From contig CAMJCC010000001.1 of NCBI GenBank assembly GCA_946404035.1, positions 1 through 62,972 on the forward strand: a stretch of 62,972 bases of DNA. Reading direction: 5' to 3'. This document shows, piece by piece, positions 28,443-38,349 of this stretch; positions within the stretch are counted from its first letter, which is position 1, and each line of letters begins with the position of its first letter. The notes beneath the pieces were generated by a model. It saw only the letters and a program-made list of their open reading frames with translations. It had not been told where the DNA came from and did no database searches. A program made the translations under genes and the position numbers. The stretch comes from an uncultured Clostridia bacterium (GTDB lineage Bacteria > Bacillota > Clostridia > Oscillospirales > CAG-272).

Positions 28443-29879
28443 ATGGAAACGGTTACGCGCTACGACGTGATCGTGATCGGCGGCGGCGTCGTCGGCAGTC
28501 TGACGGCACGGGAACTGACGCGGCTTGGCGCGCGCGTCCTGGTGCTGGAGGCAAAGTCGGACGTGGCGTCGGGCACGACCGCGGCGAACAGCGGGATCGT
28601 GCACGCCGGTTTTGACGCTGAGACGGGCACGAACAAGGCGAAACTGAACGTCCGGGGTTCGGCGATGATGCCGGCTCTGACAAAAGAACTCTCGGTGCGC
28701 TATCAGCAGATCGGCGCGCTGGTGACGGCGAGCGGAGACGAGGGGCTCGCGGGGCTTGAAAAGCTGCTGGAGCGCGGGAAGAAGAACGGTGTGTCCGGGC
28801 TTTCGATCGTCCGGGGCGAGGCGCTCCGGGCGCTGGAACCCAACCTCTCGACCGAACTCGACTGCGCGCTGTTCGCCACGACCTCCGGCATCGTTTGCCC
28901 CTACGGGCTGGCGATCGCCGCGATGGGGAACGCGATGGACAACGGCGCGACCCTGCTCCGGAATACCCCGGTCACTTCGATCGAAGCGACCGACGGCGGG
29001 TACCTCGTCAACGGGACCTACTTCGCGAAAGCGGTGGTCGACGCGGCGGGTCTTGCCGCGCATAAGGTCGCGGCGCTGGCGGGCTTCACGGGTTTGAAAC
29101 AGCATCCGCGCCGCGGCGAATACCTCCTGCTCGACCGCAACTGCGGCGGGACGGTCAAACATACGGTCTTTACCCTGCCGACCAAGGCGGGCAAAGGCAT
29201 CCTGGTCTCCCCGACAGCCGACGGCAACCTGCTGCTCGGTCCGACGGCGGAGGATCTGCCCGAGGGCGTCAACTGCGCGGTGACGGCGGCGGGACAGGAC
29301 AAGATCATCGCGACGGCGAAGAAGATGGTGCCGTCGGTGCCGCTCGGCGGGCGGATCACCTCGTTCGCGGGGCTCCGCGCGGTCGGTGAGAGCGGAGATT
29401 TCGAGATCTCGCAGAAAAACGGCTTCGTCATCCTGACCGGCATCGAGTCGCCGGGTCTTTCGGCGGCGCCCGCGATCGCGGAACTGATCGGAGAGATGCT
29501 GGGCGAGGCGGGACTGCTTCCCGAGAAGCCGATGGCAAACTTCGACCCGGTGCGCACCGTGGTGCGCCCGAAAGAGATGACCGACGTCGAGCGCGACGCG
29601 CTGATCCGGCGCGATCCCGCCTACGGACGGATCGTGTGCCGGTGCGAGGAGGTCTCGGAGGGCGAGATCCGCGATGCGCTCCGGCAGAACCCGCCGGCGC
29701 TGACGATCGACGGGATCAAGCGCCGCACCCGCGCCACGATGGGCAGATGCCAGGGCGGCTTCTGCACTCCGTCGCTTGTCGCGCTTGTCAGCCGGGAACG
29801 CAAGATCGACGAGACCAAAGTCGCCAAGGGCGACGGCAACAGCATCATCGCAGACAGACGGACGAAAGGGGGCAACTGA
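28443..29879 (+). CDS. FAD-dependent oxidoreductase, GlpA/GlpO-like, with a BFD-like [2Fe-2S] domain
   Basis: Start METVTRYDVIVIGGGVVGS (GxGxxG) after a GGAGGAGA RBS. C-terminal CRCEEVSEGEI...GRCQGGFC. Confidence 0.8.
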   Translation: METVTRYDVIVIGGGVVGSLTARELTRLGARVLVLEAKSDVASGTTAANSGIVHAGFDAETGTNKAKLNVRGSAMMPALTKELSVRYQQIGALVTASGDEGLAGLEKLLERGKKNGVSGLSIVRGEALRALEPNLSTELDCALFATTSGIVCPYGLAIAAMGNAMDNGATLLRNTPVTSIEATDGGYLVNGTYFAKAVVDAAGLAAHKVAALAGFTGLKQHPRRGEYLLLDRNCGGTVKHTVFTLPTKAGKGILVSPTADGNLLLGPTAEDLPEGVNCAVTAAGQDKIIATAKKMVPSVPLGGRITSFAGLRAVGESGDFEISQKNGFVILTGIESPGLSAAPAIAELIGEMLGEAGLLPEKPMANFDPVRTVVRPKEMTDVERDALIRRDPAYGRIVCRCEEVSEGEIRDALRQNPPALTIDGIKRRTRATMGRCQGGFCTPSLVALVSRERKIDETKVAKGDGNSIIADRRTKGGN

Positions 29880-29880
29880 A

Positions 29881-31158
29881 ATGGCGAACGAGAAAACCAA
29901 CGCGTTGCCCGAGATCAAGGTCGGGCTGCTTGTGATCGGCGCGGGCCCCGCGGGGCTTGCGGCGGCGGTCGCCGCCTACGACCGCGGCGTGCGCGACATT
30001 TTGATCTGCGAACGGCAGGATTTTGCCGGCGGCATCCTCCCGCAGTGCATCCATAACGGGTTCGGGCTCAAACGCTTCGGCGAGGAGCTGACCGGTCCCG
30101 AGTACGCCGGAAGATACGAAAAGATGGCGGAGGAGCGCGGCATCAGGATCGAGTACGGCGCGACCGTGACCAAACTCTCGCACGATCGGCACGCGACCGT
30201 CCTGTCTGACAAGGGTATGCGCGTGTACGCCGCCGACGCCGTGATCCTGGCGATGGGCTGCCGGGAACGGCCGCGCGGAGCGCTTCCCGTCGTGGGGACC
30301 CGTCCCGCGGGGATCTACACCGCCGGATGCGCGCAGAAGATGGTCAACCGTATGGGTCTGCTCCCCGGGCGGGAGATCGTGATCCTCGGGTCCGGCGACA
30401 TCGGGCTGATCATGGCGCGCCGGATGACGCTGGAGGGCGCGCACGTGAAAGCGGTGTGCGAAGTGATGGATCATCCGGGCGGACTGCGCCGGAACATCGT
30501 GCAGTGCCTGGACGACTTCGGCATCCCGCTCTACCTCTCGACGACGGTCGTCGAGGTGGAGGGCGACGAGCGCGTGACCTCGGTCACGCTGGCGGAGGTG
30601 GACGAACGCCGCCGCCCGATCCCCGGTACCGAACGGAAAGTGCCGTGCGACACGCTCCTGCTCTCGGTCGGTCTGATCCCCGAAAACGAACTGACCCGGC
30701 AAGCCGGCATCGAGATCGACCCGGTGACCAACGGCGCCGCCGTGCGTGAGAACCGCGAAACCTCGATCCCCGGCGTGTTCGCCTGCGGAAACGTCCTGCA
30801 CGTTCACGACCTGGTCGACTTCGTGTCGGAAGAGGGCGAGATCGCCGGGAACGCCGCCGCTGATTACCTTGAAAACGCGAAGAAAATCGAAACCGCCCCC
30901 GTGGCGAAGATCGTGGCGAAGAACGGCGTGCGCTATACCGTGCCGGAACTGATCGGAAACGGAAACACTCCGAAAGTCACCGTGTTCTTCCGCGTATCCG
31001 ACAGTTTCCGCGACGCGACGCTGATCGCGGAGAACGAGAACGGTCAGATCCTTGCAAAGAAAGTCCGCCGGATGGTCCCGGGCGAGATGCAGCGCGTGGA
31101 TCTGCCGCGTGAGAAGTTGGTCGGGACGGTCACGCTCTCGGTCGCGACGCAGGGTTGA
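29881..31158 (+). CDS. NAD(P)/FAD-dependent pyridine-nucleotide-disulfide-type oxidoreductase
   Basis: Start MANEKT 1 nt after the upstream stop. Two Rossmann motifs (VIGAGPAGLAAA, ILGSGDIGLIMA). Confidence 0.8.
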   Translation: MANEKTNALPEIKVGLLVIGAGPAGLAAAVAAYDRGVRDILICERQDFAGGILPQCIHNGFGLKRFGEELTGPEYAGRYEKMAEERGIRIEYGATVTKLSHDRHATVLSDKGMRVYAADAVILAMGCRERPRGALPVVGTRPAGIYTAGCAQKMVNRMGLLPGREIVILGSGDIGLIMARRMTLEGAHVKAVCEVMDHPGGLRRNIVQCLDDFGIPLYLSTTVVEVEGDERVTSVTLAEVDERRRPIPGTERKVPCDTLLLSVGLIPENELTRQAGIEIDPVTNGAAVRENRETSIPGVFACGNVLHVHDLVDFVSEEGEIAGNAAADYLENAKKIETAPVAKIVAKNGVRYTVPELIGNGNTPKVTVFFRVSDSFRDATLIAENENGQILAKKVRRMVPGEMQRVDLPREKLVGTVTLSVATQG

Positions 31159-31258
31159 TGGGGGCTCCCCGTCTTCCCTGCCCGCTTCCCCGTCTGCAAG
31201 ATCTGTCGAAAAAAGCGATGAAAGGAAACGCGCCCCAAAAGGCGCAGGTCTGAACGAA

Positions 31259-31612
31259 ATGAACAACAACGAAACGATCCGCCGTTTCCCCTGTACGGTC
31301 TGCCCGATGGGTTGTGAGTTGACCGTGGACGTCGATAAACTCACCGTCACCGGCAACGGCTGCCCGCGCGGCGCCGCCTACGGCGTGGCGGAGGTCACGC
31401 ATCCGACCCGGACCCTGACCACCACCGTCGCCCTGCGCGGCTGTGACCGCGTGGTCGCCGTCCGCACCGATAAACCTATCCCGAAAGAACTGCTCCTGCC
31501 CGCGATGGACTTTGTCCGCGACTACGTCGCGCCCGAAAACGTCCAGCCCGGCGCCGTTCTGGTCAAGGGGTTTATGGGCACCGACGCCAACCTCGTCGTC
31601 ACCGGAAAGTAA
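31259..31612 (+). CDS. DUF1667-type small Cys-rich protein
   Basis: MNNNETIRRFPCTVCPMGCELTV...GNGCPRGAAY. It follows the two oxidoreductases, an arrangement I recall as conserved. Confidence 0.72.
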   Translation: MNNNETIRRFPCTVCPMGCELTVDVDKLTVTGNGCPRGAAYGVAEVTHPTRTLTTTVALRGCDRVVAVRTDKPIPKELLLPAMDFVRDYVAPENVQPGAVLVKGFMGTDANLVVTGK

Positions 31613-31762
31613 GAGGAACGGGGGTTCGCGCGCTTTCTTTGTGGCGCGCCCGCAATCACGAGCGGGCGCGGTAAGGAAAGGCGCGGCAAAGAACTTCATT
31701 GAAAAATGAAGTTGGCGGCACTCATTCTTCGCGCCGCGGTTGCAAAAAACGGAGCAGAGCGC

Positions 31763-31858
31763 GAACTCTCTTCATTTGAATAGGTACGCCGTCCGCGTCG
31801 GTCATCGACGCGGACGGCACCGTTTCAGGAACGGATTAAGAGAGTTCGTTCGTTTTTT
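31763..31858 (+). terminator. branched (three-way-junction) terminator-like RNA element
   Basis: P1 GAACTCTCTT/AAGAGAGTTC, P2 13 bp (31788..31818), P3 CCGTT/AACGG, then GTTCGTTTTTT. Confidence 0.4.
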
Positions 31859-31972
31859 GTGTATTTATACATATGTTATTGTTTTTTCTTTTTTGTGTGA
31901 TATAATCGGAAACGAAGAGTAGATCTTCGCGCGCGGGGGACGATCCCGAAGCCCCGCGAAAGAAAACGGCGG

Positions 31973-32001
31973 TTGCTTTTTTCCGAACTGTATGATATAC
32001 T
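31973..32001 (+). promoter_or_regulatory. promoter of 32063..36193 (TTGCTT-17-TGaTATACT)
   Basis: A second possible promoter lies at 31879..31906 (TTGTTT-16-TGaTATAAT). Confidence 0.5.
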
Positions 32002-32062
32002 GTTTTTTGAAAAGAAACCTACCCTCTTTCTTGCGTCCCATCTCAACCACTGGAGGTACTTT

Positions 32063-35000
32063 ATGAAAACTCTTCGCGTCCTTTTCATCGCGCTCCTGCT
32101 TCTGTGCCTTGCGCTGGCGTTCGTTTCCTGCGGGGACGAGGCAACGCCCGCCGAAACGACCGGGACCGCTGCGTCAGCGCCCGCCGAAACGACCGGGACC
32201 GCTGCGTCAATCGAGGCGAAGATCGTTTCGTTCGAGGGGTTCACTCTGAACGGGACCACGCTGTCCGTCACGGTCCCGAACGCGGTCGACAGCCTTCCCT
32301 TTCCCGACCGCATCGCGGTCAGCGATGGCGCGACCTGGCAGGTCACGACCGACCGCGAGGGACGGAACGTCGTCCCGAGCAAGAGCGTTTCTCTTGCCGA
32401 GGGGGACAATACGTTCTACGTTCTGGTGACCGCCGAGGACGGCAAGACCGTCGGGTCCTATACCGTCCATATCCGGCGCACCCCGCTCTACACCGTTACT
32501 TTTGAAACGAGCGGCGGGACCGCGATCGCCCCCGTCAAGGTCGAGGAGGGCGGTTCCGTCACCGCGCCCGCGACCGATCCCACGCGCACGGGCTACGCCT
32601 TTGCCGGTTGGGACAACGACTTTACCGCGCCCGTCACGGGGAACCTGACGGTCACGGCGAACTGGACGCCCAACACCGACACCGCCTATACCGTCGAGTA
32701 TTACCTCGAGAACGCGGCGGGGACCGGGTACGACAAGAACTCGACCGAACCCAAGACCGGCACGACGGGCGCCTCCGTTACGGCACAGCAAAAGGCGTTC
32801 GATCACTTTACCTATACCGCGACGGGAAGCAATCCGACCGGCGTGATCGCCGGGGACGGGTCGCTTATCCTGAAGCTCTACTACGTCCGCGATACCTACA
32901 CCGTCAACTTCGTCGGCAACGGCGGAACGCTGAAAACCGGCAGCGCGAACCAGCACGTGCGCTACGGGGGCGCCGCGGTCCTCCCGACCTACGCACGCAA
33001 CGGCTACGAGTTCACAGGTTGGGAGAACGCCGAGGGCTACGACGCGGTGGTCGAGAATATGACGATCACGGCGCAGTGGCGGATCCTGACCTATACCGTC
33101 ACCTACGAACTGGACGGCGGCACCAACGATCCCGCCAACCCCGCGACCTATCAGATCACCGACGACGTCGCGCTCGCCGCGCCGACGCGGGGAGAAGAGA
33201 ACTTTGTCGGTTGGTATCTCCCGAACGGGCAAAAGGTCGACAATCTGAAAGGGCTCTACGGCAACCTGACGCTGACGGCGCGGTGGGGCGCAGATCCCGA
33301 CAAATGGGAAAAGATCGGGGGAGAATTATCGTCGCTTGACGCGAAATACCGGAACCTCAAGATCGAGATGAGCACGTACGGCGACGCGGAGAAGCAGTCG
33401 AAAAACGACCTGTACCTCGCGGGACCGGACACCGTTGATAACGCGACCCGGGATATTCTGAAACTGGTCTACCGGCGCAACGCCGAGGCGAACGCGGCGC
33501 TCGGAACGACGGTAGAATACGTCTACTGGAGCAATTACGGATGGGGCAGCCAGGCAAACCAGATCAAACAGATCGTCTACGCCGCCTCCTCCGACGCGCC
33601 CAACCTCTTCGTCAATATGATCTACGACCTCGGCAACGCGACCCTGCTGGGATGCTTTAAGGACGTCTTCGGATTGAACAACTCGTACTTTGACTTTTCC
33701 TGCGAGGGTTGGATGAGCGAGTGGATGAACGGCTTGTCCCTGACCGGGGATCGCGCCTATATCCTCGGCGGCGACTACTTCCTCGATATTTACCGCTCGA
33801 TGGCGGTCCTGCCGTTCAACGCGGCGATGATGAACGATTACGGGGCGACCCTTGCCCCGGCGCTCTTCGGCAGCGCGCTCGGCGCGGGCGAGACCATGAC
33901 GGGTCGCTTCTACGACTACGTGGAAGCCGGCAACTGGACCTGGGACGCGCTCGCAAAACTCTCGGCGGCGATCTGGCAGGATACCGACGGAAGCGGACAG
34001 ACCTCGATCAACGACCGGCTCGGCATCATTGCCGACGCCAACAGCGGCTTCTGCGCAGCGGTGGTCCTCTACTCCGCCGACGTGACGCTCACCGAGAACT
34101 ATTCGAACAACGGTCAAAGTTGGATCCGCTATCCCGCAAGTTCAGCGGCGCTGGGCGGGATCTTCGACGCCGTTTCGGGCGTGTTCGGCGGGAACGGCGC
34201 GCTGGTGACGAACGGCAGCACGAACAGCGCCACGATCGAAAACCCGGGGCTGGCGTACCACAACGTCAAGTTCTCGGAGGACATGCTGCTGTTCGCGGGA
34301 CCGAGAATGCTCTGCGCGATGGAAGACGACGTCTTCCAGTTGATGGGCAACGCCGTATCGGTCGTTCCGATGCCGAAAGTCAGTTCCGAGAAGCGGTACC
34401 GGACCCTGATCCACAACGTCGCCGACGCCGGCGCGATCAACGTCAACACCAACTCCTCTAAAGCGACCGTCCTTTCAGCGTATCTGCAATTCTGTGCCGA
34501 GGCCTCGAGCGGGATCAAAAACGAATACCTCGACCGATACGTGAAATACTCCACGTTTTCGTACACCAACGGAACGAGCCGGATGCTCGACCTGATCTAC
34601 GACGGGATCGCCAGCGGACGCGACAAATCGATCGACGACCTGATGAACACCGACAGCTCGATCAAGTCCAAACGCTGGCACGCCATCATCAAGGATCACG
34701 CGTTCCGTTGGACCGCAGACGATCTCGCATCCGTGTATCAGTCCGCCGTCACCGAAAAGCAGAGCCGGTTGGACGACGTTCTCGAAACGTGGTACACGCT
34801 GCCGAAAGGGACCGGAGGATCGTCGGGGCACACCAACCACGTCTGGGCGACCGATTATACGGTCGACCGCGCGGCGACCTGCACGGTAGCCGGCGCCAAG
34901 AGCATCCACTGCACGTCATGCAACGCGATCAAGCCGGGGTCCGAGGTCTCCATCCCGGTCATCGCGCACGCCCCGTCTGCAGACTATACCGTGGATACGC

Positions 35001-36193
35001 CGGCTTCCTGCACGACCGCCGGTTCCAAATCCAAGCACTGCACGGTCTGCAATCAGAGCATCCCCGGTACGGAAGTGACCATTCCGGAGGCGCATACCCC
35101 GGCGCAAAACTATACCGTGGAGCTGCCGGCGACCTGCATGTACGGCGGCACGAAGGTCCTTTACTGCACCACGTGTCACGAGGTCCTCGATACGCAGGAT
35201 ATCCCGAGTGACCCGGACGCGCACGTCGTGGACGACTGGACCGTGACCAAACAACCGACCCTGGTCGAAAAAGGGAGCCGGAACGGCGTGTGCCTGCTGT
35301 GCAGTACGCACGTCTACGAAACGCTGGTGTCCGAGCCGACCGTTCTGACCTGCACCTCCTCGACCGGATCGAACTACAAAACCAACAACGTCAATTATTC
35401 GGACATCCTCGGCGAAAAGCACTTCTATCCGACCAACGCGGATCCCGAGGGCAACGACCTCCTGATCGAATATTCGATCCTCTGGAACGAAACGATGCTT
35501 CATCTGAACGGATCGAAGGACCCCTATATCACCACCCGTATCGGTACTGACCCCGTCGTTTACTGGTCGCCCACGTTCAACATAAGTTACAGCGACTGTC
35601 CGTATGCCGGCGGCTTTGAGTGGACGGGCAACTTTATGACCCCCATCACCGACGGCGACGCGACCACCCCGATAGGGATGTGCAGCGGCGGCGATCAATT
35701 CGCCGACTATCCCAACGTCGGCGGCGCCGATCCGGATAACGTCGAATGGGGCTGGCATCGCGTCCAGATCCGCGTTCATCAGGCGCTGATCGACGAGGCG
35801 ACGCTACGGGCGAAACCCGACGGCACGACCGCTGACGTGAAAGACTACGTCACGACCGTCACCGTTTATATCGACGGCGTTGCGGCGTTCAAAATCTCCA
35901 CCGGCACCAATGGCTTGCAGAAGATCGCAGATAACCTCTTCATAGCGCAAGCGGACGGCACCGGAGACATCAACTACGCCGACGGTACCGCTTACGCCGT
36001 GGCGTTCTCGATCAACAAGATGAATTCACTCGACGGCACGACCGCATATATCGCGCTCGCAGACGTCAACGTGACCGCGGGCAAAGACTTCGTCCAGCGG
36101 GTCGAAAAGGTGGCATCGCCCGCCGCAGCGACCCTGACGGTCGACGACGGCGTGGAACTTGCCGCACCGATCTACTACAGACTTGCAGACTGA
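32063..36193 (+). CDS. 1376-aa mosaic surface lipoprotein (stalk repeats, SBP-like domain, Cys3His modules, YYRLAD C-terminal domain)
   Basis: GGAGGT RBS and lipobox LAFVSCG. N-terminal 410 aa are collinear with 3750..6359. The central ~500 aa resemble large family-1 solute-binding lipoproteins. Four Cys modules at 34838..35329. The C-terminal domain is homologous to those of 58506..61100 and 61252..62580. Confidence 0.8.
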   Translation: MKTLRVLFIALLLLCLALAFVSCGDEATPAETTGTAASAPAETTGTAASIEAKIVSFEGFTLNGTTLSVTVPNAVDSLPFPDRIAVSDGATWQVTTDREGRNVVPSKSVSLAEGDNTFYVLVTAEDGKTVGSYTVHIRRTPLYTVTFETSGGTAIAPVKVEEGGSVTAPATDPTRTGYAFAGWDNDFTAPVTGNLTVTANWTPNTDTAYTVEYYLENAAGTGYDKNSTEPKTGTTGASVTAQQKAFDHFTYTATGSNPTGVIAGDGSLILKLYYVRDTYTVNFVGNGGTLKTGSANQHVRYGGAAVLPTYARNGYEFTGWENAEGYDAVVENMTITAQWRILTYTVTYELDGGTNDPANPATYQITDDVALAAPTRGEENFVGWYLPNGQKVDNLKGLYGNLTLTARWGADPDKWEKIGGELSSLDAKYRNLKIEMSTYGDAEKQSKNDLYLAGPDTVDNATRDILKLVYRRNAEANAALGTTVEYVYWSNYGWGSQANQIKQIVYAASSDAPNLFVNMIYDLGNATLLGCFKDVFGLNNSYFDFSCEGWMSEWMNGLSLTGDRAYILGGDYFLDIYRSMAVLPFNAAMMNDYGATLAPALFGSALGAGETMTGRFYDYVEAGNWTWDALAKLSAAIWQDTDGSGQTSINDRLGIIADANSGFCAAVVLYSADVTLTENYSNNGQSWIRYPASSAALGGIFDAVSGVFGGNGALVTNGSTNSATIENPGLAYHNVKFSEDMLLFAGPRMLCAMEDDVFQLMGNAVSVVPMPKVSSEKRYRTLIHNVADAGAINVNTNSSKATVLSAYLQFCAEASSGIKNEYLDRYVKYSTFSYTNGTSRMLDLIYDGIASGRDKSIDDLMNTDSSIKSKRWHAIIKDHAFRWTADDLASVYQSAVTEKQSRLDDVLETWYTLPKGTGGSSGHTNHVWATDYTVDRAATCTVAGAKSIHCTSCNAIKPGSEVSIPVIAHAPSADYTVDTPASCTTAGSKSKHCTVCNQSIPGTEVTIPEAHTPAQNYTVELPATCMYGGTKVLYCTTCHEVLDTQDIPSDPDAHVVDDWTVTKQPTLVEKGSRNGVCLLCSTHVYETLVSEPTVLTCTSSTGSNYKTNNVNYSDILGEKHFYPTNADPEGNDLLIEYSILWNETMLHLNGSKDPYITTRIGTDPVVYWSPTFNISYSDCPYAGGFEWTGNFMTPITDGDATTPIGMCSGGDQFADYPNVGGADPDNVEWGWHRVQIRVHQALIDEATLRAKPDGTTADVKDYVTTVTVYIDGVAAFKISTGTNGLQKIADNLFIAQADGTGDINYADGTAYAVAFSINKMNSLDGTTAYIALADVNVTAGKDFVQRVEKVASPAAATLTVDDGVELAAPIYYRLAD
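32145..32209 (+). repeat. 33-bp tandem duplication in the lipoprotein linker
   Basis: A 32-nt perfect repeat CGCCCGCCGAAACGACCGGGACCGCTGCGTCA at 32145 and 32178, encoding PAETTGTAAS twice. Confidence 0.85.
34838..35329 (+). repeat. four tandem Cys3His modules in the 1376-aa lipoprotein
   Basis: HVWATDYTVDRAATCTVAGAKSIHCTSC / HAPSADYTVDTPASCTTAGSKSKHCTVC / HTPAQNYTVELPATCMYGGTKVLYCTTC / a degenerate fourth module (CLLC). Confidence 0.8.
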
Positions 36194-36203
36194 TCCTGCA
36201 CGC

Positions 36204-36256
36204 AAAAAAACAAAAAGAGGACGCCGGAGCGATCCGGCGTCCTTTCGTATTGCTTT
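36204..36256. terminator. bidirectional terminator (big lipoprotein gene / typA)
   Basis: AGGACGCCGGA-gcga-TCCGGCGTCCT with an A-run and a T-rich flank. Confidence 0.8.
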
Positions 36257-36265
36257 TCAGGGGGA

Positions 36266-38101
36266 TTACTGCTTTGCGGCGTTGCGCTTGGCTGCCTGCG
36301 CTTTCTTGCGGAGCGGGGTGTCGAGGATGGTCTTGCGGAGCCGGATGTTTTTCGGCGTGACCTCGATCAGTTCGTCGTCCGCGATGAACTCGATCGCCTC
36401 TTCCAGACCCATCTGGCGCGGGGTGACGAGGGTCAGCGCCTCGTCGGCGCCGGTCGAGCGGATGGCGGTCAGGTGCTTCTTCTTGCAGACGTTGACCTCG
36501 ATATCGCCCATCTTCGGGTTCTCGCCGACGATCATCCCCTCGTAGACCGGGGTCTGGACCCCGATGAAGAGAGGACCGCGCTCCTGCGAGTAGTAGAGCC
36601 CGTAGCTGGTCGCCTCGCCCGCCTCGCTTGCGACGAGCGAGCCGGTGTAGCGCATCGTGACCTCGCCCTTATAGGGCGCGTAGGTCTCGAAGACCGCGTT
36701 GATGATGCCCTCTCCGCGGGTGGCGGTCATAAACTCCGAACGGTAGCCGAAGAGGCAGCGCGTCGGGATCAGGTAGGTGAGTTTCTGGCGCGTGCCGCGC
36801 AGCTGCATATCGACCAGTTCCCCTTTGCGGGAGCCCAGCCGCTCCATCACGGTCCCCATATACTCCTCGGGGACGTCGATGGTGACGCGCTCGATGGGTT
36901 CGCACTTGACCCCGTCGATCTCTTTCATCAGGACGCGCGGGTTGGAGCAGGCGAGCTCGTAGCCCTCGCGGCGCATGGTCTCGATCAGGATGGAAAGGTG
37001 CATCTCGCCGCGTCCGGCGACGCGGAACGTATCGGTGGTCTCGCCGTCGGTGACCCGGAGAGACACGTCTTTCAAGAGTTCGCGGTAGAGCCGCTCGCGC
37101 AGGTGGCGGGAGGTGACGTACTTGCCCTCGCGTCCGGCAAACGGGCTGTCGTTGACCGAGAAAGTCATCTCGAGCGTCGGCTCGCTGACCTTGACGAACT
37201 CGAGCGGTTCGACGCAGGTGAGCGAAGTGACGGTATCGCCGATGGTGATGTTCTCGGCGCCCGAGAAGCAAACGATGTCGCCCACGGTCGCGCTGGGAAC
37301 GGCGACGCGGTTCAGCCCGTCGAACTGGTACATCGAAACGATGCGGGCGCGGCGGGGCGCCTCCTCAGAGTGGAAGTTGGTGATCATCACGTCCTGGTTC
37401 TGTTTCAAGGTGCCGCGCTCGATCCGCCCGATCCCGATCCGACCGACGAAGCTATTGTAGTCGATCGAGGAGACCAAGAGCTGCAATTCCCCGTTCTCGT
37501 CGCCCTCGGGGGCGGGAATGTAGTCGAGGATGGTGTCGAAGAGCGGGCGTAGGTCGGTGCCGGGGGTGTGCGCGTCAAAACTGGCGGTCCCGGCTCTGCC
37601 CGAGCAGTAGAGGATCGGGGAGTCGAGCTGTTCGTCGGTGGCGTCCAGTTCCATCAGAAGTTCCAGCACCTCGTCCTCGATCTCGTCGAGGCGCGCGTCG
37701 GGACGGTCGATCTTGTTCACGACCACGATCACGCGGTGATTGAGCGCGAGGGCGCGTTCCAGCACGAAGCGGGTCTGGGGCATCGGTCCCTCGGCGGCGT
37801 CGACCAGGAGGATAACGCCGTTCACCATCTTCAGGATGCGTTCGACCTCGCCGCCGAAATCGGCGTGTCCCGGGGTGTCGACGATGTTGATCTTCACGCC
37901 GTTGTAGTGCACGGCGGTATTCTTCGCCAGGATCGTGATGCCGCGTTCGCGCTCGATGTCGCCAGAGTCCATCACGCGCTCGGTCATCGCCTGGTTCTCG
38001 CGGTACACGCCGCCCTGCCGGAGCATCTCGTCGACAAGCGTGGTTTTTCCGTGGTCAACGTGCGCGATGATCGCCACGTTGCGAAGGTCTGTCCGCTTCA
38101 T
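36266..38101 (-). CDS. typA: translational GTPase TypA/BipA
   Basis: [33 protein letters not shown] and NKIDR motifs. Start at the second ATG (38101), with better RBS spacing. 611 aa. Confidence 0.92.
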   Translation of the reverse strand: MKRTDLRNVAIIAHVDHGKTTLVDEMLRQGGVYRENQAMTERVMDSGDIERERGITILAKNTAVHYNGVKINIVDTPGHADFGGEVERILKMVNGVILLVDAAEGPMPQTRFVLERALALNHRVIVVVNKIDRPDARLDEIEDEVLELLMELDATDEQLDSPILYCSGRAGTASFDAHTPGTDLRPLFDTILDYIPAPEGDENGELQLLVSSIDYNSFVGRIGIGRIERGTLKQNQDVMITNFHSEEAPRRARIVSMYQFDGLNRVAVPSATVGDIVCFSGAENITIGDTVTSLTCVEPLEFVKVSEPTLEMTFSVNDSPFAGREGKYVTSRHLRERLYRELLKDVSLRVTDGETTDTFRVAGRGEMHLSILIETMRREGYELACSNPRVLMKEIDGVKCEPIERVTIDVPEEYMGTVMERLGSRKGELVDMQLRGTRQKLTYLIPTRCLFGYRSEFMTATRGEGIINAVFETYAPYKGEVTMRYTGSLVASEAGEATSYGLYYSQERGPLFIGVQTPVYEGMIVGENPKMGDIEVNVCKKKHLTAIRSTGADEALTLVTPRQMGLEEAIEFIADDELIEVTPKNIRLRKTILDTPLRKKAQAAKRNAAKQ

Positions 38102-38174
38102 TCTCATCCGTCCTTTTCGTCTGTTCGGGGCTGTTTGATCGGTCTGCCCCGCGTTTCGTTTTTTTAACTTTTTT

Positions 38175-38203
38175 ATTATACCCGACAAAAGCGCGTTTTG
38201 CAA
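38175..38203 (-). promoter_or_regulatory. promoter of typA (TTGCAA-17-TATAAT)
   Basis: Minus strand, in an AT-rich divergent region. Confidence 0.55.
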
Positions 38204-38242
38204 GGGGGAAAAGCCCTTTTTTTGATATTTTTCTTCTATAAG

Positions 38243-38271
38243 TTGACTTTTTTATTAAAAGATTGTATGAT
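38243..38271 (+). promoter_or_regulatory. promoter of 38350..40743 (TTGACT-17-TATGAT)
   Basis: Plus strand, 78 nt upstream of the ATG. Confidence 0.5.
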
Positions 38272-38349
38272 TAAGGTAGATGCGTGTCGCGCATCCCGCC
38301 CGATCCCACGGGGATCCGGCGCCGCCATCGACGATGCGAGGAAAAAACC

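Noticed and set aside
31159-31258. 11-codon ORF (MKGNAPQKAQV) in the gap before the DUF1667 gene.
   Set aside because: No RBS, too short, and nothing supports translation.
28320-31356. Minus-strand ORFs 28320..29918 and 29845..31356 opposite the FAD-oxidoreductase genes.
   Set aside because: Arg/Asp/Gly-rich antisense frames. The plus-strand genes have Rossmann and BFD motifs and proper RBSs.
32145-32209. Possible CRISPR or minisatellite signals (this tandem repeat, the FtsK linker repeats and the Cys-module arrays).
   Set aside because: All are in-frame coding repeats inside well-supported genes. There is no repeat-spacer periodicity and no cas genes.
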